IMG/VR virus record: IMGVR_UViG_3300045969_000082
Direction: 5' to 3' (one strand)
DNA length: 64,000 nt
DNA from: an uncultured virus (IMG/VR IMGVR_UViG_3300045969_000082)
Lineage: Duplodnaviria > Heunggongvirae > Uroviricota > Caudoviricetes
Made by a program: the position numbers and the translations under genes. Shown in pieces: positions 56,839-64,000 of this stretch (position 1 is the stretch's first letter; every line of letters begins with the position of its first letter). The notes beneath the pieces were generated by a model, which searched no databases, was not told the origin of the DNA, and was given only the letters and a program-made list of their open reading frames with translations.

Positions 56839-57330
56839 TCACGCGAAAAGGGCAACTAGCCCCGCAAGAACCGCCGCCGCTGGCGTCCACATACCGACTT
56901 GGACAGCGGTATGGAGCGCCGCGGCAGTCTTCTCATTCAGATCACGATTGACATCCTGCTTCTGATGAAGCTCCGAGAGATAGGCGCCAACGGCCTTGTC
57001 GATCGTGACACGCTCATCCATTGCCCATAGCCAGAACTCCGCGCCTCGGCCAGGGAGATTGATCGTCGCCCGAGACATCGCTTTGGTGCAGAAGTAGGCG
57101 CCGATCGCCAACATCAACGCAGATGTCGACATAGACCAGCGCGAAAACTGAAGAAGTTCATCTGAACGAAAGAACCCGGCCGTAGCTGTCACGGCCGCAG
57201 CGACGCCGATGGTGACATATATCCGAAACACCGCCATCGCCTTCTGGTCGGTGAAGAGCACAAGGTTGACCAGAGCCTGATGACGCGCCCTTGCGTCGTC
57301 CAGTGCGATTTTGAGATCGTCGGGCTTCAT
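56839..57330 (-). CDS. Three-TM membrane protein (moron)
   Basis: DQKA then two TMs, soluble helix, terminal TM; GAGG RBS. Confidence 0.65.
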   Translation of the reverse strand: MKPDDLKIALDDARARHQALVNLVLFTDQKAMAVFRIYVTIGVAAAVTATAGFFRSDELLQFSRWSMSTSALMLAIGAYFCTKAMSRATINLPGRGAEFWLWAMDERVTIDKAVGAYLSELHQKQDVNRDLNEKTAAALHTAVQVGMWTPAAAVLAGLVALFA

Positions 57331-57835
57331 GGCTACCTCTCGCGTAGACGCCAAGTTCTGAAACGTCTCAGAATCTTGAACTTTGAATCTTCTATATCAA
57401 GAGCTTGATTCTGAGAGGTCTCAGAACCGCCTCTGTTCTCTATCCCGCAAGGGATAGGGGCTTAGGAAACGGCGCAGTACACCCTTGCACGCCGGAAGCG
57501 ATCCGACGCCAAGGGTACTGCATAGAGCCAAGGACAGAGCCTTGAGGTTCCCGTATGCATCCCCGCATCGCGCCATATGACGGCGCATAGCCCCTGCGGA
57601 TCATGGTCCGTTTCTATTGGCCGGGGTGGCCTCACGCGCCGGGTTCGGACTCCCGTGGTGGCATGCGCGCCCTTCTGGTTGTTTATCAACGGCTGACCAG
57701 CCAGCCCAGCGGTTCCCATCTTTCCACCGATTCCCTCCGGGCAGCATCCAAACCGCAAACCCACTCCCGAAGGAAACTGGCCTGAAAATCAACGTTTGGC
57801 TTGAGAAATCGAGTGGGACGCTATATGTTGTGCCC

Positions 57836-57916
57836 ACTGGATATTCCCGGTCGCCAAACCAGTTTCTCATCCAGTCATGCCCCGATCGCTTGCCGGCGAT
57901 GCGGGGCTTTCTTTTT
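57836..57916 (+). ncRNA. Putative ~80-nt antisense sRNA
   Basis: TTGAGA-17-TATGTT upstream; 5' stem ACTGGAT/ATCCAGT; terminator 57879-57907 plus U-tract. Confidence 0.55.
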
Positions 57917-57957
57917 GCGCCCGATCGGCCGCCCTCGTCAAGTATGCGTATCAATTT

Positions 57958-57998
57958 CATACTTTTCGTATTGACACAACAAATACGGCTCGTATTAT
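57958..57998 (+). promoter_or_regulatory. PL-like promoter with two operators
   Basis: TTGACA (57971) -16- TATTAT (57993); CATAC-TTTTC-GTATT and AATAC-GGCTC-GTATT overlap -35 and -10. Confidence 0.8.
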
Positions 57999-58485
57999 CG
58001 CCCTCGTTCACCCCAGCCACGAAGAAGCGCACCGCGCCGATCTGTCTGGGATCAATCGAGGAGCAAGAGATGCTTTCCGTCAGCACTGGAGGTCGAGATG
58101 TAAGCCGCAGCGCAGAGCGCGCGCCCTTTGGGCTGGATCAGTTCGATCGCCTGGCTGGAGGCGTAATTCCAGCCCCCAATTCTTCAAACCCCGACCCCCG
58201 AACCTTGGCTGGCGCCGACGGCCGCCGGAGCACACCAAGCCTGCTTGCTGTGGGGGCAAAAAGCGATGGCGCTAGTCCGCTGTCGTCGGTCGGGGCCGCT
58301 TCCGAGCGGAACGTGGGTGTCCACGAAAGCAGGCAAGCCGTCCCCTATTCCCATTCGCAGGTTCCGTCCCCCCGGCCTGCGGATAAGCCGGAGGCGGATA
58401 CTCTCCTCCCATCCGTCTCCGGCGCCTATTCCCCTTGGCAGGTCCAGCGCCCGCACCTTGAGCCTATGGCGAGGAGGGCGAGCGA

Positions 58486-60189
58486 ATGAGCGTCCGTGTC
58501 GTCAACGACTTCGTGCCCCATTGGGACAACAACCATGAGGGCTACCGCGCGATCTTCAATGCGGCGCTGACCGGCATCTGCGCGAACCCGAATTTCTTCG
58601 GCCCAATCCTTCAAGGAAGCCCAGAGGCGGCAGTCAATTTCGCCAATGAGGTCACGCTCGCTGCGATCTACGGCGACAAGTACGTGCCGTCCCACGAGCG
58701 CGATGGAGAAAAATCATGAACGCGATGGACATCACGCGCGACGGACTTGTCGCGGCCCTGACGCCTGCGCCGACGCTGGAAGAGCAGCTTGAGCGCGCCG
58801 AGCGCGACCTGGTCTGCGCCCAGATGATCGACTCGACGGCGAGGATGATCGCCGAGACCGAGGAGTGCGAGCGGCGTATCGGCTCGATCAAGCGCCAGAT
58901 CGCCGAGCGTGACGAGCGCGAGCATGTCGAGAACGCCGTTGCGGCGCTGGGTGATGACCATGCCCGCTAAGCATCAGCCCACGTTCTACCTCACCGAGGA
59001 AGCGGCGCAGAAGCGCATCACGCGCCTCGTCGAGCGGATCGCCAAGGAAGGCCGCGCCAGCGCCGACTACCGTCGCGTTCCGCCCAGCATCCGCAAGATG
59101 GTCGACGCCCTGATCGACGGCCGCTTGTTCTTCGCAGATCAGATGGAGGCGGCGTAGATGGCCTCGCTTCCGAAAATCGATCCAGAGTTCATCGTCATCT
59201 GCCAGTCGGCGTGGTGCAACGAGAGTGGGATCGGCATCCACTACGGCTGGAACGGCGAACGGTTCAACAACCGAAACGACGCCATCAAGCACGGCTGGGA
59301 AGTTCGCGGTTCCGACGACTTCAACATCGCGCAGACCTACGGTGACGACCTCATCTGGTTCGGCTGGATGGACCAGCGCATCGACGAGGATGAGGACACG
59401 ATGCGCGAGATCGCGGAAGCGGTTGGACTGACTTTCGATCCCCGCTGGTATCGCCTCGAACTGTCGAGGGCCGATGGGCGAGTGATCGGATTGCGCAGCG
59501 AGGCCCGGCCATGAACCGCCTCATCATCCAGGTCTTCCGCTGCGGCGAATGGCGGAACGTCACCACCATCCCGCTGGAGATCGGCCACAACAGCCGCGAC
59601 GCCGAAACCAAGTACGCCCGCGCCTATCGCGAGGCGATGCTGATGCTGTCGCGCTGGCGGGGATATTTCGACGAGCCGCTGCGCATTGCCGAGCCGACGA
59701 CTACCGGTGGGTATGTGGAGGCGCGGCCGTGAAGTCCGACCTCCATTGGCCCGACGCTGGCTGCTGCTGGCCCGGCTATCCCGGTGGCTGCGTTTGCCCG
59801 CCCGACGAAAAGGCCCTCAGGGCTTGGAAGCGTGGCGAGATCATCACTCCTATGAACGCCGACCAGCGCGAGTTCTGCCTAGCTGAAATCGGGCAGGTCG
59901 AGGGCTACACCCGCGCCGACCATGCCGAGGACAACGACGCTGACCTTGCAAGTGCTGTCCTCGATGCGTGGACCGCCTACGCGCGCGACAAGGGGCTGAT
60001 CTGATGCCCGACCTCGTCCAAACCGTCGCTCTGGCGATCTATGGCACATGGAGTCGCGAACGCGACCCGGCCCGCATTGAGGCCCGGTTCAAGCGCCTAC
60101 CCCAATCCACCCGAGAGAATTTCGAAGCTGAGGCGCGTGCCGCGATCCGCGTGTGCGAGGCCCATTTCACAGGAGCTTACGCAGCATGA
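58486..60189 (+). other. Run of seven coupled small early genes (58486-58719, 58716-58970, 58960-59157, 59158-59514, 59511-59732, 59729-60004, 60004-60189)
   Basis: Overlapping or abutting stop/start junctions and RBSs; no function recognised. Confidence 0.65.
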
Positions 60190-61250
60190 CGATGGAGCAG
60201 ATCGGCGGCATTGCCGCGAAACTCGTAGACCGCTGGGCTTGGTATCAGGCCGCGCTAAAAGACCCGGCGCAGATCGGCAACACGCTGAAAATCTACGACG
60301 GTGAGCCGCAGCAGGGATACTACCGCGTTCGCCCGAAGGATGGGCAATGGGAACCTGTCGCAATCTTCTACCCAGAGGATTCCGATCAGATCGTCGCCTA
60401 TCGCAACGGCAAGGAAGTCCGGGCCGACGATGTCTGGCTGTGGTGCTGCCGGAACCCGATCAGCTTCGACGCCTATGAGAAGGCGATGGCTGGCGGCGGG
60501 TTCGACGACGAGCCCGAGAAGGCGCCCGGCCTTGGGCACAACTCCGGTGAAGCCGATCCCTTCGACGCCCTGACGATGGAATACCTGGGCGAAAAGGAGA
60601 TGGCCGAGGAGTTCCTGAAGAAGCCGGTGAAGACCAAGGCCGACGCCGACCGCGCCGCGATTTGGGCCGACCGGCTGAAGAAGATCGCCTCCAAGGCCGT
60701 CGCCTTCCATAAAGTTGAGAAGCAGCCATTTCTCGACGGTGGCCGCGCCGTTGATGAGAAGTGGCGTGGCCTGAAGGAAGAGCCGGGCACGGTCGTCGAC
60801 GCGCTGCGCGCCCACGTCAAACCCTACTTCGCCGAACTGAAGCGGCAGGAGGAGGAGCGCCAGCGCATCGCTCGCGAAAAGGCCGAGCAGGAGCGCCGCG
60901 AGGCCGAGGAGAAGGCGCGCGCCGCCCGTGAGGCAGCGGCCAAGGCCGAGGAAGGCGATCTCGCCGCCGAGAAGGCCCGGCAGGAAGCCGAGGACGCCGC
61001 GCGCCGCGCCAAGGAAGCCGAGAAGGAAGCCGAGGCCCGTAAGGTCTCTGCCGGCCGCACAGGCGCCCGCATGGGGATGAAGACCGAGACGGTCTACGTC
61101 GTCACCGATTATCTCAAGGCCGCCACCGCCATGCTCGCGCTGGGCAATACCGATCTCAAGACGGAAATCGACCGGCTCGCCAAGCGTCTGATGAAGGCAG
61201 GCGTCCCGCTCGACGGTGTCGAGGCGCGTGACGAGGAGGTGGTCCGGTGA
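60186..61250 (+). CDS. Recombination-module coiled-coil protein
   Basis: PQQGYYR, GLGHNS, EKQPFLDGGRAVDEKW; upstream of RecT-like gene. Confidence 0.7.
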   Translation: MTMEQIGGIAAKLVDRWAWYQAALKDPAQIGNTLKIYDGEPQQGYYRVRPKDGQWEPVAIFYPEDSDQIVAYRNGKEVRADDVWLWCCRNPISFDAYEKAMAGGGFDDEPEKAPGLGHNSGEADPFDALTMEYLGEKEMAEEFLKKPVKTKADADRAAIWADRLKKIASKAVAFHKVEKQPFLDGGRAVDEKWRGLKEEPGTVVDALRAHVKPYFAELKRQEEERQRIAREKAEQERREAEEKARAAREAAAKAEEGDLAAEKARQEAEDAARRAKEAEKEAEARKVSAGRTGARMGMKTETVYVVTDYLKAATAMLALGNTDLKTEIDRLAKRLMKAGVPLDGVEARDEEVVR

Positions 61251-61441
61251 AGGTCGTCTCCGTCCTCTTTTCCAATTCACAGAACCGCTACGATTACTTG
61301 GACCCGTTCGGCGCGAAGGTTGGCGATGTCGTTGTCGTGCCGACGCGACGTGGCGATGCTGAGGTTGTCGTGGCCGAGGTCAAGGAATCGTCCGACCGCG
61401 CCACCGTCGAAATCCTTCGCATTGTGGAGAACCCCTTCTGA
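61247..61441 (+). CDS. Small beta-barrel (PSP1-like) protein
   Basis: YDY...KVGDVVVVPTRRG. Confidence 0.6.
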   Translation: MKVVSVLFSNSQNRYDYLDPFGAKVGDVVVVPTRRGDAEVVVAEVKESSDRATVEILRIVENPF

Positions 61442-61644
61442 TGGCGAAGTGGGAACGCGGCGGAGTCATCGAAGACGTCGACATGGCGCTCAGCATGATC
61501 GCCCGCGGCGACCCGATCTACGAGCGCCACAAGCTGCAAACCGCCGGATGGACGCAGAGTTGGCCCATCCGCCTCGTCATCAACGCGGTCAATCGCCGCC
61601 ACCTTTTCATCGCCCTTCCAACCGACAGGAACCCGCCGCAATGA
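61441..61644 (+). CDS. Hypothetical protein
   Basis: Coupled ORF. Confidence 0.55.
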   Translation: MAKWERGGVIEDVDMALSMIARGDPIYERHKLQTAGWTQSWPIRLVINAVNRRHLFIALPTDRNPPQ

Positions 61645-62597
61645 ACGCTGTCACAACGACCGATCACGAAGAAGCCCCTCGCCTTCCGTCGCTCCAGTCG
61701 GGCGGACAAGTCCGCGCCATCGTCCCGCAGGACTTCGACGGTGCATGGCGCATTGCCAATGCCGTCGCCAAGGCCGGAATGGCGCCGAAGGGGCTGGAGA
61801 CGCCCGAGAAGGCGATGGTCGCCATCATGCACGGCATGGAGGTCGGCATGACGCCGATGGCCGCGCTCCAGTCGATCGCTGTCGTCAATGGCAGACCGAC
61901 GATCTGGGGCGATGGTGCGATCGGCCTCGTCCGCAGTTCGGGCAAGCTGGAGTGGATCAAGGAGACGATCACCGGCGCCGACGACAGCATGGTCGCGACA
62001 TGCGAGGTCAAGCGCAAGGGCGACCCCGACCCGGTCAAGGCGACGTTCTCTGTGGCCGACGCCAAGAAGGCTGGGCTCTGGGGCAAGCAGGGGCCGTGGC
62101 AGCAGTATCCGAAGCGCATGCTCGCGATGCGTGCCCGCGCTTTCGTTCTGCGCGACACCTTCGCCGACATTTTGCGTGGCCTCGGCATTGCCGAGGAGGT
62201 CAGCGACTACCAGCCCATGCGCGACGTGACGCCGGCCGCGCCTGTGCCGCCCAAGCCGCCCGTTCCGCCGCAGGTCAGCGACGCGCGCGCCGAGCGCCAG
62301 AGCGAGGATCCCACCGCTCAGTCTGAGCAGCAGAACGACATCATCGACGCCGAGATCGTAGATCCCGACACCGGCGAGGTGACGGACGAGCAGCCGGCGG
62401 GCGCCGACGAGTTCGACGACACCGCCTTCTTCGAGAAGCTTGAAGAGGACATGGCCGTCGCCGCAGACGAAGCCTCGATCGAGGAAGTGTGGACGGAAGC
62501 TGACCCGATGGCTCGCTTCGAGAACGACGAGACCAGCCAGGCAATCGCGCTCGCCATCAAGAAGCGGGCTCTCAAGCGCGTCGGAGGCAAGAAGTGA
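61641..62597 (+). CDS. RecT-like single-strand annealing protein
   Basis: GMEVGMTPMAALQSIAVVNGRP...WQQYPKRML...LRDTFAD; acidic tail. Confidence 0.8.
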   Translation: MNAVTTTDHEEAPRLPSLQSGGQVRAIVPQDFDGAWRIANAVAKAGMAPKGLETPEKAMVAIMHGMEVGMTPMAALQSIAVVNGRPTIWGDGAIGLVRSSGKLEWIKETITGADDSMVATCEVKRKGDPDPVKATFSVADAKKAGLWGKQGPWQQYPKRMLAMRARAFVLRDTFADILRGLGIAEEVSDYQPMRDVTPAAPVPPKPPVPPQVSDARAERQSEDPTAQSEQQNDIIDAEIVDPDTGEVTDEQPAGADEFDDTAFFEKLEEDMAVAADEASIEEVWTEADPMARFENDETSQAIALAIKKRALKRVGGKK

Positions 62598-63451
62598 GCA
62601 GCAAGTCCGACGCCCCTGCCCTGCGCCTAGTTGTCGAACGTGGGCCGAAGCTGGTGCCGGCATCAGCTTTCGACGCCGAACGGCTGGATACGTTCAAGGT
62701 CGGCCGCGTGCTCCGGTTCACCCCGGTTGAGGAAGCCGACCGCAAGGACATTCGCCGCTGGTGGGCAATCCTGAATCGCGCGGTGAAAGACACCAAGACA
62801 CCGTGGCGCACGGCGACGCAGGCCAGCGAGGCGATCAAGCTCGCGCTCGGCATCGTCGAGTACGGCAAGACCGTCGGCGGCCAGTTCATGCAGTGGCCGA
62901 AATCGTTGAAGGAACTCGACGACGAGGAGTTGGCCGAGGCCGTCCGCGACATGGCAGCCCTGCTGCACAGGATGACCGGCGTCGATCCGCTCGAATGGAA
63001 CAGGGAATCGGCCGACGTCGGCCAAGATGAGGCAGAACAGCCGGAGCAGTCGGCCCCCGACGATACCGGCTCAGGCAGCAGCGGAGACGAAACGCCCCCC
63101 GCCCAAAACTCCGCTGCTGCCGATCAATCCGCGAGTGCGGCGGACCAAGAGGATGGCGCCGAGCCGGGCGGGGCCAGCGCAGGCGATGACACGCCATCCT
63201 CCGATCTCGACGGTGTGAAGCGAATGCTCATGGAAGAGTGCGCCGACAACATGCTGCGCGACGCCTTCTCCGAGCCAAAGGATCAGCAAGCAGAGAAAGT
63301 CGACAAGCTGGAGCGCATCTTCCTTGAGCCGCAGAACCTCGGATCTCACCCGCATTTCGTGAAGCTATGCGCCGAAACCGCACGCCGCATCATCGGCAAG
63401 CCACAAGAGCGTGGCCGTGCCCGTGAATACTTGATGGGAAAGATCGGCTGA
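62594..63451 (+). CDS. NinB/DUF1367-like protein with acidic linker
   Basis: RRWWAIL...IKLALG...PKSL; position. Confidence 0.55.
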   Translation: MSSKSDAPALRLVVERGPKLVPASAFDAERLDTFKVGRVLRFTPVEEADRKDIRRWWAILNRAVKDTKTPWRTATQASEAIKLALGIVEYGKTVGGQFMQWPKSLKELDDEELAEAVRDMAALLHRMTGVDPLEWNRESADVGQDEAEQPEQSAPDDTGSGSSGDETPPAQNSAAADQSASAADQEDGAEPGGASAGDDTPSSDLDGVKRMLMEECADNMLRDAFSEPKDQQAEKVDKLERIFLEPQNLGSHPHFVKLCAETARRIIGKPQERGRAREYLMGKIG

Positions 63452-63864
63452 TGGGGGTCATCTCCGAGAAACTGCGCCGCAGCGCCCGAGGCCAGGATTG
63501 CACATTCGAGATACCGAATGTCTGCAACCATGATCCTGACACGTCGGTCCTTTGCCACGCCCCAAGCGAGGTTAAGGGGATGGGGTCGAAAGGCCACGAC
63601 TACAACGCCGCAATCGGGTGCAGCGACTGTCACCGCGCACTCGACGAACACCGTCTTCCTCGGGAGGACGAGATGTTCTTCTGGCTCCGCGGGCTCCAGC
63701 GCACATGGGCTATCTGGGTCGCGAAGGGTTTGATCCTCCTCCCCGTCGATCCTGCCACAGCCAAGAAGCGCCCGAAGAAGCCGTCCTATTGGCCGTCGCG
63801 CCAGATCCAGTCGCGGAACACCCTGTCACGAAAGAGGAAGGAGCCTCGCGATGACGATGCTTGA
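63451..63864 (+). CDS. DUF1364/YbcO-like Zn nuclease
   Basis: LRRSARGQDC...VC...VLCH...KGMGSK...GCSDCH. Confidence 0.8.
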   Translation: MGVISEKLRRSARGQDCTFEIPNVCNHDPDTSVLCHAPSEVKGMGSKGHDYNAAIGCSDCHRALDEHRLPREDEMFFWLRGLQRTWAIWVAKGLILLPVDPATAKKRPKKPSYWPSRQIQSRNTLSRKRKEPRDDDA

Positions 63865-64000
63865 TCCTCGCGCCCTCGAAGCTCTCAAGAACAATCAGCG
63901 CCAGCTTGACATGGATGGCTGCGAAGTCGGCGTGTCCCGACAGGCGCTAAACGAGGCAATCTCCTACATCGGCCGACTGACCGCCGACCGCGATTTCTGG
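63851..64000 (+). CDS. Hypothetical protein, truncated by window end
   Basis: AAGGAG RBS; open to end. Confidence 0.55.
   Translation, partial: MTMLDPRALEALKNNQRQLDMDGCEVGVSRQALNEAISYIGRLTADRDFW

Larger units (their letters stand above)
2075..64000. mobile_element. Temperate siphovirus prophage (HK97-like head); right end outside window
   Basis: Lysis, tail, head, terminase, replication, cI/cro and recombination modules in canonical order; left boundary approximate. Confidence 0.95.

Noticed and set aside
57617..58069. 5' part of the 290-aa ORF 57617-58489
   Set aside because: Runs through promoter, operators and terminator; composition is not protein-like
60255..62663. Long minus-strand ORFs (341 and 381 aa), and similar long antisense ORFs such as 24515-26200 and 8767-10164
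   Set aside because: Shadow frames of GC-rich genes on the other strand; no RBS or motifs
1..64000. CRISPR array, tRNA or rRNA genes
   Set aside because: No repeat-spacer periodicity or cloverleaf recognised; GTTCGA at 58141 lacks a tRNA context

Overview
GC-rich alphaproteobacterial (Rhizobiales-like) chromosome. About the first 2.1 kb is host DNA: ppk2, a small basic protein, a uORF/hairpin leader and a cupin. From ~2.1 kb to the window end is one large, apparently intact temperate siphovirus prophage with an HK97-type head and lambda-like tail; its integrase and other att end are not in the window. Left to right: lysis cassette, morons, tail, head-tail, head and packaging genes (minus strand); a minus-strand accessory block (ACP, C5-MTase-like, HNHs); a divergent control region at ~39.1-39.5 kb; a plus-strand block of small genes with DUF3560-like and adenine MTase genes; a replication/regulation operon (DnaB, RuvC-like, MTase, CtrA-like wHTH, NrdR-like Zn ribbon); the cro/cI switch; a structured non-coding region; and a recombination operon (RecT-like). 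Most notable: (1) three translationally coupled genes (Maf/CstII-like transferase, methyltransferase, KpsS/KpsC-like transferase) inside the head-tail operon, a candidate virion glycosylation system; (2) a tail fibre carrying an M14 zinc carboxypeptidase; (3) a covarying stem-AATBGT-stem hairpin at near-fixed distance from starts in an operator-bearing operon next to a candidate displaced cos; (4) a ~550-nt structured region with an antisense sRNA in a phage with DnaB but no recognisable initiator. All family calls come from motif recognition by eye; no searches were run.
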